From assembly GCA_008632985.1 (NCBI GenBank), contig QPGO01000171.1, positions 1 to 64,000 of the forward strand: 64,000 nt of DNA, written 5' to 3'. The stretch comes from Psammoneis japonica (lineage: Eukaryota). The notes below the pieces were generated by a model. That model was not told the origin of the DNA. It worked only from the letters and a program-made list of their open reading frames with translations, and searched no databases. Position numbers and translations under genes: made by a program. The first letter of the stretch is position 1. Each line of letters starts with the position of its first letter. Shown one piece after another: positions 10,631 to 23,062 of this stretch.

Positions 10631-13600
10631 ATTGTTGTCCATTGAGCGTTCATCATCGTCATCGAGAAATTTTTGACGATGCTCACTGTTGACGGTGGAA
10701 GCACATGTCTGCCTTCTTCACTGCTGGATGCTGGATTAAATCTGTGTGTTTGGATTTATCCAATGCCTCCCATCATTGGACATGTTTGTTCAACGGACAT
10801 TTGTTTGGTCAGGAACTCCCGAATTCTCAGACATCTGAGATTCCGGATTCTCCACAGTGGATTCTACCCTGGTTGGCAGACAGACCAATCCATCCGCTCG
10901 AGTTAGTTCACACGCACATGACACAAACCCTTGACTTTGGTCCTGCTCCACGCACACCAAGTCTGCCGCTTCATATCTGCACTGGATTGCTGGTCTTCTA
11001 CAGTCCTGCAAGCTCCACGAGGACAACTGCAAGAGGAAGCAGTTCATGATTACAGCCTGCATTGGGGCAAGGGTGCATTTCCCACATTTGTTTGTCCCTC
11101 CACAGTGCCAAATTTGGCCGGCCTGATTGGGTTGTCCAACCGACATAAAATGAGAACGGTTCGGAGGTCTTGTCCACCTCTAGTTAGCTTGTCAGCAGGG
11201 GTTTTTAAGCCATTGCTCTGCTCTCAAGCAGCCCAAAGCATTGCCAGCTGCAGGTTCGGATGTGCCGGCACAACTCTGCCGACCGGATGGGAAGCTCAGC
11301 ACTTGGCTACAAACAGGACACCACAGCCCGGCGGCTTCTGACTTGTGGGGTGGTTCAAGACTCCAAGTCAAGACTCAAGCCAAGTTTCAAGACATTTCAA
11401 GCTCACCCTCCAACTCCAGCTGGTGCCGACACTCACCCAGTTGCAACATGGTTCTCACCAGACAGCAACAAATCGATGGCCTTGAGCACATCCTGGGCAC
11501 TGTTCTGAATCAAGCCACAATTCTGCGCTCAACAGTGTTGAATTTACGTACGTGCCTTCAATGCCAGCTCTGCCGTAGAACTGCCGACCCACCATGGTGT
11601 CTTTTTCTGCCGCTCATGGCAGCTCACTGGGCAATGAGACAAACCACATGTCCATGGCCAATGATGAAACTGTCGATCAGACATCAACTGAACTTCCTTC
11701 TAAACCAAAAGAGCACTCCCATGAGGAGATCACCCTTTGATTCGGAATTCGTGGCCCAGATTCGACGTGCAAGCCCATGACCCTAGTCACGGCTCATCTT
11801 CAGGTCCTCAATCAGATCCTTTTCACTTGTGGCAATGATGTCAAGATTATGGACAACAACAATCAAAGAATTGCTGATGTCAATGTGGCTGACTGGATTG
11901 CTTCCCTCCACCATGAACACCACTTTACGATTTCTGCGCATCGCAACGGCGACTCTCGCCCGGCAACTCATCGTTTGTTTCATCGAATCATGACAAAAGT
12001 TATGCTCCGCGAAATCTGCTCTCATCCACACATTCAAGGTATTCTCGATGCGAATGACATGGGAATGAAACGTCACCACTGGGACGAAATGGTTGTTGAT
12101 GCAGCAGAGCCAGGCTGCTGTGCGGCCACCTGTGCAAAGCACACTCCGGTGGACATTGCTGCGAAACAGTTCATGCAAGACCTGGGCAGCCTCCAAGCAA
12201 AAATGCCCAAATTTTGTCTGACACCAACCTCGATCCATTCTGACAACAACCGCATGGATGTTCTGATTCGTGCCCAAACGTTTGCGATTGAGGTTCAGCA
12301 GAAAGATTGTCGTCAAGCCGGCAAAGTTTTGGTTTATGCCTCTGAGAAGGCACCCACCCATGTGGTGTTAGCCAAGACCAGATGCATTTCACCACAGGCC
12401 TTCTACAACGCGGTTCGCATCCAAAGCAAATGCAATGACGACATGTGCATCATCCCTTTGCTGTGTGTGTCTCCCGACATGCTTTTCTATTTTGATGGTC
12501 CCCTTTTGAAAGTGGACGGGGTGGTGGCTGTCGTTCCAACGTCCTCTGCATCCAAATCCAGCTGTCACAACATTTTAGTGTGGTGCAAACAATTTGACAA
12601 AGTTCGGGCTGCGGTTGGCACTCTGACACTTAACTTGATTCCCCAGATCCCCAAAGAAGCTCATCCTTCTCCTCCATTCGAAGACATTCCCCAAATTACT
12701 GGAGCATACAAAGAGGCATCTGATGTGAGCAAATCCATGGTCATGGCAAGCATTTGGAGTTTGGAGTCACTTACTTTTTCCGATGTGTCCCCGTTGTCAG
12801 AGACCAAGGCGTCTAAACAACGTCAACTAACACATCCGCCTTCTTCTGCGGAACGTGGTGGCTGAGGTGGACAGACCAGCCTGGGCAGCCATGTGGCTGC
12901 AGGATGAGGATGTGGTGGTGGTGCTCCAGTTCCTCCACAGATCTATGCCCCACCCCACTCGGCGAACATGGGATGCTCAGGTTTTCCCATGACACCATCG
13001 CATGCTTAAGTGATGCACTCTCCTTCTAGTTCTGCCCTGTCCTCTTCCCAAATGGCAGCAGAAATGCAGAAAGCAATGAACAACATGCAAGAACATCACG
13101 ATGAGAAACTGAAGGCCATGGAAGAGAAGTGTGAGCAACGGATTGAAGCAATCCAGTCTGAGACTTCACAACAGTTGACCGGTTTACAGCAACAGATGAA
13201 CCAGATGTTATCTGTGATGCAGATCCCACAACATTCCTCTCCGACAGCTCGGAAGAGGCAAAACAACTCTCAAACTCCTGAGCACCATTCAGATGCCGAT
13301 TCAAAGAATTTTTAGTCAGGGGTTGGACCTCGCCGTCTCCTTCCCCACAAACATGCAGGCGCACTCCCGATTCATCGGCTCCAGTTTCGAATGGCTTCGC
13401 TGACCGTCTCAATCACCCATCAGGTGCTGCAGATGCTACAGGCTCTGCTTACGTGCCGGGGCATCCTCCCCAACCTGTGACTTCTCCACCCTCCCTCCCT
13501 TTCTGACGATGATGCCCAAACTCTCCGATCTACAACATGACACCATTGCATCGCTCTGAGCCCCAGTCTTCTCTTAGGAGGAGCACGGCCCAAATATGAA

Positions 13601-14048
13601 CAGTTAGTTGCTTGCTGCATCACCGCTTCTTCTTGGCAAAATGTTCTTGACGGTCGCAGACACCCTCCTTCAGCTGCCAGACGTGTTGATTTCTTGCGAT
13701 TGAAAACCAACAAACCAATCGGAGATCCTCTCCAACCCAAGTTGCTTCACCACACTCGCTTGTGTGCTTTCAACGCAAATGGATGCAAGTTCAACAAAAG
13801 AGGAGGGGACAATTAACACCTGTTGTCAAGTTGCTGCGGAAATGCAAGCTGACACATTGGGAATCTCTGAGGTTTGTTTGGACACTGCACAATGTGAGGT
13901 CCTGTCTACGTGCAGATCTACGGTCTCAAACTCCCCTTTACATGGTCGATCCACCTTTTCATGCAGCTCAACTCCTTTTGAAACACAGCACAAGCCAGGT
14001 TGACCCATGCAGAAATAGGGAACAAGCACTCACAACATCGTAGAGACA

Positions 14049-15083
14049 AAAAAAAAACAAAACCTAATTTTAAGTGCTATTACACCTTTGCCCAGCAACA
14101 CCGGCGCCGGCTAACCCACACTTCCAGTACACCCTGCGAGGAGAGTGCGGCAGAATGTCGTGCGATCAGTCGGTCAACGCGCCGCTTTGCAGCGACGCGC
14201 ACCAGTGATAAAAGGTCAAGGAAAAATTGCACCAGAATGAGATTATTGCTTTCTTTCGGAGAGGATGTAAGGCACCCAAACCACCACAGCAAAGGACAAT
14301 CAAGTTAAGTAGAGAATTCAAAGTCAGCGCATACTCTGAGAGAAAATCTTTGCCTCTGAGGGAGAATCTTGTCTTCAACAAAGACTGATTGAATTTCACA
14401 ATTGCATGAACCAGAACAACAATGTGCAGTTCACTGCTCGGAACAGTGATCTTGGTAGGCCAGTAAGTAGAAAAGGGGATGTTCGTGACTTGCAAGGATG
14501 AAATAGGAAGTCTTGGTGATGTGACGAGAAGGTCGTCGGAAGAAACATTATTCTCACGTAGAATTGATACTGAATCTTGCGTAGAAAAGCCGATCCGCGC
14601 AGCAAATGGACGGTCGTCAGATGATGCCGATGGTTTATCCATACGAACACTCGTAGGCGCCACAACAGGGACAGCACTTTCACCACATGAGGTGAAGAAC
14701 TTGAGTAGCCAGTAGGAGTAAAAGAAATTGTTGGGGGCTTTCGGGTAAGGATGGAAGTTGATCGTATCGGAGACGTAATGACTGTCGGTATATATTTCTG
14801 AAGCGCGTAGAACTTGTACTGGATTCTGTGTAGAAATCGCACCGAATCCGCAAAAAATTACCAAATAAGACAACAAGCATACGAACCATAAAGTGTCGAC
14901 GCCAGTCGTTTTCCACTGAAAATTATTGCACATCATGGAGATAAAAGGGTGTACCAATGGTAGAAGGGGCCAAAAGGTTGACAGGGGACTCAGCGAAACG
15001 CCGTCTGAAAAGGGCGACATCAGTACGAGAGCACGCGTAGAAACACACGTAGGGGTTGCTAGTGGGTGCTTACGTAGAAAAGT
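14049..15083 (-). mobile_element. 1035-bp retroposon with a LINE-like T-rich 3' tail, inserted in an LTR
   Basis: 17-bp TSD ACAACATCGTAGAGACA (14032-14048, 15084-15100); the last ~110 nt resemble the LINE 3' end (22940-23046) and 31331-31440; CpG and TpA intact. Confidence 0.85.
14166..15020 (-). CDS. Intact 284-aa ORF of unknown function filling the 1-kb retroposon
   Basis: ATG 63 nt inside the element 5' end, stop just before the conserved tail; hydrophobic stretches LWFVCLLSYLVIFCGFGAI and LNSLLNLIVLCCGGLGAL; no motif recognised. Confidence 0.45.
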   Translation of the reverse strand: MSPFSDGVSLSPLSTFWPLLPLVHPFISMMCNNFQWKTTGVDTLWFVCLLSYLVIFCGFGAISTQNPVQVLRASEIYTDSHYVSDTINFHPYPKAPNNFFYSYWLLKFFTSCGESAVPVVAPTSVRMDKPSASSDDRPFAARIGFSTQDSVSILRENNVSSDDLLVTSPRLPISSLQVTNIPFSTYWPTKITVPSSELHIVVLVHAIVKFNQSLLKTRFSLRGKDFLSEYALTLNSLLNLIVLCCGGLGALHPLRKKAIISFWCNFSLTFYHWCASLQSGALTD

Positions 15084-15866
15084 ACAACATCGTAGAGACA
15101 GATTTGGGTGTTGTGAAAATTGTGAGATTATTTCATTTAGAGTGCAAATGCACGATGGTGTTCTTTTCTAAGAAACAAGAATTCTTGTTACATGACAAGT
15201 CATTGGAAAGACTTAAGCACAAGTCTTTTGTGACACTTGTTGACACTCATGCGGAGCCAATTCGCAGGCTCATACTCGGTGCTGCATGCATCCTGCGCAG
15301 ACCCTTCACACAAGGTGAGTCACGTGCGTGATGGCCAGTCGCGCCGGTCTCAGTCGCATGGGTCACTCCTGTGGCCCATCGCAGGTCTCGTACTGCAGGA
15401 GTCGTGTTTTCTACAACACGCTTCTGCGGGATCAGTGTCGCTGTGGACAGCCTACAGACACAGGAAAGTGGCATCATCGGCGGCCACGGCAGGGATGCCT
15501 GCTGCACTCGCCCCTGTGACAAGGTCGCACGAGTGACAGAAGGGTCCCACTGCTGCTGAGGGACATTTTTTTGTTGTGTCCAACAGCACACACTACCTTC
15601 TCATTCACAAAGGGAGTCATTGTCATCACATTGACATTGTTTCAGTGGACATTTTGCCATGTGTGGCCTCCAGAACATGCACAGGTGAAAGCTGTGCTCA
15701 GGAGCATTAAGACATTTATCAAATTGTCCAAGCTACTGAGGTCACACAGGTCACTGCCATGTTGGCCGTCATTCTTGGAGACTCGTTGCTGCCACATCAT
15801 CGGTGTCAGAATCAGAGTCTTCAGAGAGGTGTGCATTGTCAAAGGTGTGAAGTTCACTGTCTGCCT

Positions 15867-16957
15867 TCACGTCATCACACGTGCCACACGTTTCAACGTA
15901 TTTTTTATGGCCCGTTCAATGATGACATTGATTTCTTCCTTACACATGCCAGCATTGCACTTGCGCGCATCCTTGCACTCAGATCTATGTGCATCCGTAG
16001 TCTTGAGTTTCTTGACCTGACGTTTCAGAGACCAACAATCATCAGCACTGTGGTTACATGCACCGTGAAGCATGCATGCGTGACCATGTTTTCTGTCTGA
16101 CGTCATCGAAACTCGCTCCTTTGCTGCCGATGTCAACTCGCTTGGTGTGTGACTCTCGGAACTTGATCGTTTACGCAGAATCGGATCGTCTGCTGACTTC
16201 ATCTTGGTGTCTTCAGGGTCGTCTTGACGTGAGGTAGAGGCCATGAGCTTGTCAGCAGCCTCAACTTCTTCCACACCCTCACAGAATGAGACAAATTCTG
16301 GAACAGTGTGTGCCAAAGGATTGAATCCTTGCAACTTCATTTGGTGCTGCCACAGCCATGGAATGCCACATTCCAACAAATCAACCAACTCGTCTTCCGA
16401 CAGCACTTGCGGAGCTTGTCCATTGTCTTCAACTGGTGGAAATTTTGGAATGTGCACATTGATTTCTACGGCACGAGCAACATGCTCACGAATTTTGACA
16501 TCTAAAGGCTTTTGCATGAAATGCCTTAAACAGCGCTTCTGTGTCAATGCAGCCCTTTCTGGGAAGACACTTTTAGCAACAGCAGCCATGCAACGTGCTA
16601 ACGACATCTCCGTTTCTGCATTTTCATTCGCTGCTGCATTGTTAAAGGCAGCAAGGGCATCGCCCTCTAATGGCCTTCTCACAAGCAAAATTTACCGGGT
16701 CTTGTTGTAATGTTCTGCCCAATGCACATGTGGTCACAGTCCTTTAAGAAAAGGAGCCATTCTTCAGGTGACTGCGCCGAGAAGCAGGCGACCGTAACTT
16801 CATACGTAGGACTGTCCGGGTCATTTGGGTTCGTGCGTAATTTATGCGTCTGACTTTTGTTCTCTTTCAGAACCCTGGGGACCGGACGTTGAAAGGCAAT
16901 TGGTGGAACGACCACCAGTGTCATGAATGCGCTAAGCACCGTTTGTCCAACCTTCAT
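15867..16957 (-). pseudogene. Gypsy-like gag with one frameshift
   Basis: PEEWLLFLKD...GQNIT...LEGDALAAF...QKRCLRHFMQKP...GIPWLWQ and a C-terminal CMLHGACNHSADDC (CxxHx4Hx4C) knuckle; lies between two LTRs. Confidence 0.75.
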
Positions 16958-19900
16958 TGTTAATTAAGCAAACTGTTCTTGTGCTTGCCGGGAGCAACAT
17001 TGCTGTGACCCATGCAGAAACAGGGAATAAGTGCTCATGACGTTGTAGAGATAGATTTGGGTGTTGTGAAAAATTATGAGATTATTTCATTTAGAGTGCA
17101 AACACGCGATGGTGTTCTTTTTCTAAGAAACAAGAATTCTTGTTACACAACAAGTCATTGGAAAGACTTAAGCACAAGTCTTTTGCAACACTTGTTGACA
17201 CTCATGTGGAGCCAATTCGTAGGCTCATGCTCGGTGCTGCGTACATCCTACGCAGACCCTTCATGCAAGGTGAGTCACGTGCGTGATGGCCAGTCGCGCC
17301 GGTCTCAGTCACATGGGTCACTCCTGCAGCCTGTCGCAGGTCTCATGCTGGGAGTTGTGTTTTCTACAACATGCTTCTGTGGGATCAGCGTCGCTATGGA
17401 CAGCCCACAGATGCAGGAAAGTGGCATCATTGGCAGCCACAGTGGGGATGCCTGCTGCAAGGTGGCACAGCCCTAATTTCTTGCAATTCCGTGTCGGCTC
17501 GTTTCTGCAGTCATGAATCCAATTCCCTGGGGCAATGGTCCATTCAAGTCTTCAATGGATGGAATGGCCGCCAAGTCATGTTTGTCTCTTGTTGCCGGGT
17601 GTGCACCAAAAACCAACGTACTCCAGGGAAAACTGCAATGCATGTGCAACAGCTCTGTCTACTTCATCAGCAAGGACAACAGTGTTTGGACCCAAGAAAA
17701 GCTTTCTGCACCAACCTGTTGTGAATTTTACAGGAGTTCTTGATTAACAAAGACAGACAAGCAATCATGTTTGGTGATTTCAACACAGACTTTGCCGTGG
17801 ATGCGGACTCTTTGTCATCATTGACTTAACGTTTCAACTTGTCTGACGTTCTGTTTAACCTTGCCGGAGCGATGGATTTTTCTACGTGTGCAAAAGGTTC
17901 CAAGAGGCTAGATTGCGCATCAGCCACACCTGGTGCCTCAGCGGCAGCTCGTTTTGGAGGATACAAGGCATTTGGTCACCGAGTGACTTCTGACCACCGT
18001 GCCCATTGTGTCGACTTTGACACTATTTCCTTGTTTGGCAACCCAACTGTTGACCTTCCCAAGGCAGCATTTCGTGACATCCAAACCTCTTCCAAGCCTC
18101 AGGTGACTTCCCACCTTGAATCGATCGGACTGATGCTTCTCAACCAAAATGTGCTTGAACGATCCAGACAACTCCTGCAGTTAGATGCACCAGGCCATTC
18201 CCTTGTGGAGCAATTGGGACAAGACATGATGCAGTTTGCACTGGAGGCCGCCAAACAATGCGGTAATTACCGCAAGCCGGATTGGTCAGTGGAATTGGCA
18301 GACCTACAGCATCGAGTGTACATTCTTACAAGAATGATGGCAATGATGCAGACAGGACTGGACTGTGTGTCTCAAGTTCGCAACATGTGTGACAAGTTGC
18401 AGGGGTCTTTCATCATTCCTGAGTCCTGCGAAGAGTGTCAGAAAGCATTGTGCCAAGCCCAAAACCAATGCAAACAGGCAGCTAAAGAGAGTGTCATCCA
18501 TCGTGAAAGGGAAACAGTGGAAAGGACAGCGAAGCTTGACTTGGAAGGCTCCAAGGAGTCCAAACGCAAAGCAAAGATTCTCCGCAACATTCGGAAAGCC
18601 CAGGAAGTTCAAAAACTGTTCAAGAAAATTCAATCTTGCAAGGGGCACTGAGATGTGGGCATTAGCAGCATGCAGGTGCCCCACAACCCAGCCAGAAATC
18701 CAAAAGAGTGTGAAGATTGGAGACCACAGATGCACCGGAAGAGGTTGCCAATGCCATTAGAGGTCGCAATCAGAAACATTTTGGTCAGGCTCATGGAACA
18801 CCTCCAACCGTTCCCCCTTTGTCAATCGATTTAGGACATGAAGGCAACACCATTGTGGCTGATCTTATTCTTGATGGCAACTGTGACACGTCGACCTTAA
18901 ATGACACTACAGCGGGACTTGTCCAGTTCTTACAGAGAAGATCACCAGTGGCAGTTTCAACGCTCTTGACCGAAGCCGATTTGGAAGGTAAATTCAAGAA
19001 TTGGAAGGAATCTACATCCACATCACTGCACTCAGGATTGCGCTTGGGCCATTGGAAAGTTGTGCATGCCCTGCATTCAAATTCTGCAGCAAAAGATTCT
19101 GATGGGAATCCTTCTGAGGACCAAGTCCACCTGAATGAGGTGCAACAGGCTCTGATTATCATCCGACTGAATTTGTTGAATCATGCCCTCAAATGGGGAC
19201 ACTCGTGTGATTGCTGGAAGGACATCATGAACGCAATGATTTTCAAAGAGCCCGGAAACAATAAAATCCATCGACTCCGAGTTGTTCACATGTGTGAAGC
19301 AGATTTTCAGTTGATGTCAAGTGTCAAATGGCATCAGTTGGCACAAAACATGGAGCATCGCCATCCCCACAATCCTGGCATCTATGGCACTTGTCCTTTC
19401 CTTAATGCCAACACTCTGGTCTACCTTGAAGAACTGATGCTCGAGACTAGCAGGGTGTCTCGGAAATCAGCGACACACAGCAATGGCCACAATGCCTGGT
19501 GCCATAACCGAAATGTTCCAGCGCTCACTGCCGTGCAAAGTTGGAGCAACGGCATGCCTGCTGCGGTCACCAAATTGGCCAATGCCACGTTACACAAAGC
19601 CCACTGCTGGCTCAAAACGGTCCTTGGCTTGTCCCTGACTTCTTACTCACACTCGAAGGCTTTCCCCATTTGTGGCACTGGACAAGGAAGTGGCAATTCC
19701 CCTTTTTACTGGAATCAGTTGTGCAACTGCCTGTTTTGTTTGTTTGATCAACAGGCACACCGAGCGCATTTCGAAACTCCCAACCAATCTTTGTCTCTGC
19801 GGATGTTTTAACATGGCTGTGTTGACGACACATCGACACAGGTCAACGATTTCTGTGCTTCTCTCCAACCTTCAGCCCTTGACTTGGCTTTGCAAATGCA

Positions 19901-22900
19901 GGAGGATAACCAACTTTGGTGTGACTTGTTAGATTCAGCGGGACACGAACTCGAACTCCCCAAGTGCTCATTCTGTGCTGTCGAATGGCTGTTTACGGAA
20001 GACGGTGAGCCACATCTGCACCCTTGTGATGAAGATGTGTCCATTGAGGTTTACTCCGCAGACCAATGGTTCAAATGGGACAGTTGTCAGCTCTCCGCCT
20101 GCTCTGCCCACAAGACATTTGGCCATCACAAAGCACCCGCCGGAACTCAGAAAACACAATTCCTCAAACTGAAGACCAAGAGCGACGACGAGTCAGTTTT
20201 TCTTTGGTCATGCCCTTTGGATCGAGATGACACTTGGACACACTATTTTGCTTGTTATCTGGCATCTGTGACCTGCGTTCTTCCTAACACTCACTTTTCT
20301 TCAAAGGAACTCTTGGAAATTCAAAGGAAAGCCATGCGGGTGCTGTTTGCAAAGTGTGGTTATAACCGCAACACTAAGTGTGATGCATTGTGTGGTCCTT
20401 GCTCTTTGGGAGGAGGTGGATTCCAATCCTTGGATGTTGAACAAGGAACTTTACAAGTCTTACAATTCTTGCTTCACTGGAGAGGCACAGGTCAACCCAG
20501 GACCTTGTCTCACATTGCTGTTGCCTGGGTCCAGTTTCAACTCAGCACTGGAGTCAGCTTTTGGAAGGACGTTCACACAAGACTTCCTCATTCGGAGTCG
20601 AAATGGTTTGTGTCACTACGCTCCTTTTTGGCTCGGGTTGATGGATGCATTGAGGTGGACAATGCCGGTGTTCTACCGTCACAATGCAAAGGGGACCGTT
20701 TTATGATGGGGACATCGTCCTTGAGTCTGGGATTTTCTCAGATGGGGAGATCCGGTTGATCAATTGTTGCCGACTGCACCTCCAAGTCCTCACGGTGTCC
20801 GACATTGCTTTCCTGGACAGCAGGTTTCTGGATGCTGCTAAAGTGAACAGCAATCCTTCCTTGTTGAGTAGCGTGTCTAAGTTGAACCCAGTCGAACAAG
20901 CCCTTCTGTCCACTCGTGCATGGACTCAATGGTGCAAGGTCTGCTCCTTGTTGTGTGAAGAAGGTAGTTTGGCGCTTACAACATCTCTGGGTGAATGGTT
21001 GGTGTCCGCAGACAACATGAGAATGACTTTCGCAGCACATTACAAGCCCTTTGAAGAATTCTTGTACATTCGGACCTCCGACCACTTTGAAGTTTTTCCA
21101 GTGACTGATCACATTGCTGATTTGGTCGAATTTCTTGAAAGTGTGCCAGATGTTTCCCCATTAGTGGCACCTGTCATGGTGGATGCCACAGACAATGGAA
21201 GATGGCATGTCATAGAGTGTGGGGCAGCTGTGTCCATCCCAGGGGCCGTGCCTGTTCCCAATGACTTCGAAGAAATGTTAGAGTCCCTTTCTCCATGGGA
21301 GGCAGCCTTGTTTGATGAACTTACCTTGCACGTGTCCATTTTCAAACTGGCAGATGTCATAAGATCTGGCCATGCTATGGCTGGGAGCGATGGGTCAGTG
21401 GCAGATTTTGATGCTTCCTTTGGATGGACTTTGACCATCGACGGAAACCCTTTGGTAGATTGTGCGGGTCCAGTGTTCGAAGTACGCCCCTCTTCTCATG
21501 GAGCTGAAGCATGGGGACTGTTGTCCATTCTCTGTTTTGTCCTTCGAGTTGTGGAATGTGTGCGGATGGGTTTTCCCTTGGGGATTGATTTGCATTGCGA
21601 CAATTCCTCTCTGGTTTGCAATGTTGCCTCCTTTCATCAGCCACCTCCACTGGATGATCAAGAAGCGTCTCCTGATCCGGCCAGCGACTACGCTCATCGA
21701 CATCATGTTGCGAATGCGCTGTCCCCCGATTGGGACGTCATGCATGAAATTGTGCATTCCTGTCAGCAGCTTTCAGAACACTCCTTTGACAATTCTGGTG
21801 GTGTCCAAGTGGCAGTGAAGTGGGTGAAGAGTTGTCAGGATGTTTCCATCCCGTATGAGCACTTGTCTTTGCCGGCACAATTAAACATTCGTGCGGACTA
21901 CCTGGCGGGACGGTGCCATGGCACGCACACAAAGACAATGGAGTTAGCACTGCGATTCCCACACTGTGCAGCTAATCTTGTGGTCAAGGATTTGTCGGTT
22001 CACACAAATGTCAAATCAGTGTCACGTTACGAAGCTTCAGTGCCCCGGCTCTCCGCGTTTATGTGATGGAGAAGCATGGATGGTCCGAAGATACATTTAA
22101 AACCATTGATTGGTGAGTCCACTCAAAGTTGATGTCCAGAAACATTCGCCGGCATGTCAGCACAGTGAAGCTGGTTCAGGACCTCTTGCCCATGAATGAG
22201 ATCGTCCACAGATGCAACCCCACTCAGCCGGATTGTTGCATTCACTGTCAGCATCCTATGGAGGATAGAGACCACATTCTCAGGTGCCCGCACAATGAAC
22301 AATGGCGCAGAACATTTCTCCAAGGTCTACGCAAGAGGTGTGACGATGTTTCTACCTCTCCATCATTGCAAGACATGCTTTTGGAGTGCCTAGAATCTTG
22401 GTTTCATGAAGAAATTGTTTATTCCGACCACGTTCATCACAGCGTACAATCGGTCTTTTATTCCCAAGAGAGGATGGGGTGGCATCAAATTTTCAATGGC
22501 TGATTCCCCAACAAACCCACTTGTCGATGAATGGTGCAACACAGGCAGATGCAGGTCGAAGATTGGACTGGGCAGCAACAGTGGGTTCGTACGTGTGGTC
22601 TGAATGGTGGGAGTTGTGGGATTTGCACAATGATGTGGTACACGGACATGATTCGGAAACCAGGCAGTCATCCCAACATCGCGACACCGAGTCAGAAGTC
22701 AAGGCTACACACTCCAGCATTGACGACTGTTTGGCAAAAGACAAGGTGCATCCATTCGATTCAGTTGAAGAACATCTGACACACACAACACACAGATTGA
22801 GAAACTGGTTGACTGTGGTTTGACCCATGTTCAAGTCCAGCGTTCACAAAGCAAAACGTCTCGCTGCAAGAGGCACTCGCACCATTGCCAGTTATTTCGG

Positions 22901-23062
22901 CTTGGCACCACCCAGCAGTGGTGCAAATGTTGGCCAGTTGTTACATGCCCCTGCCGCACTGCTGGTGCAATGGGGGGGTGGGCCAGCTTGATGCCGGAGT
23001 TGCAGGGTGGAAGTGCAGCAGCACCTTAAATGTGGATTTTAGGTTTTGTTCTGAATCAAGCC

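Larger units (their letters stand above)
14001..17459 (-). mobile_element. Non-autonomous gag-only LTR retrotransposon (Gypsy-like) inserted in the LINE endonuclease domain
   Basis: LTRs 17006-17459 and 14001-14048 + 15101-15505 (TG...CA); 4-bp TSD AGGT (13997-14000, 17460-17463); PPT-like AGGGGCGAG on the minus strand at 15506-15514; excision restores LINE HKPG-GTAL. Confidence 0.9.
11517..23046 (+). mobile_element. Full-length degenerate non-LTR retrotransposon (LINE, Ambal-like: ORF1 plus ORF2 with APE-RT-RNase H)
   Basis: 16-bp TSD TGTTCTGAATCAAGCC at 11501-11516 and 23047-23062. ORF1 ~11594-13315 with a C-terminal coiled coil. ORF2: APE (LGISE, HKPG|GT, FGDFN, SDHR), RT (KIHRLRVVHMCEADF, GTGQGSGNSP, GCVDD), RNase H (GSDGS, AEAWG, CDNSS, WVKSCQD, NIRADYLA) and C-terminal CIHC...EDRDHILRC. 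Confidence 0.9.

Noticed and set aside
14049..14165. 5S rRNA-, 7SL- or tRNA-derived SINE origin for the conserved tail
   Set aside because: Only a few short word matches, no A/B or C boxes recognised, and the segment is at the 3' end and shared with the LINE.
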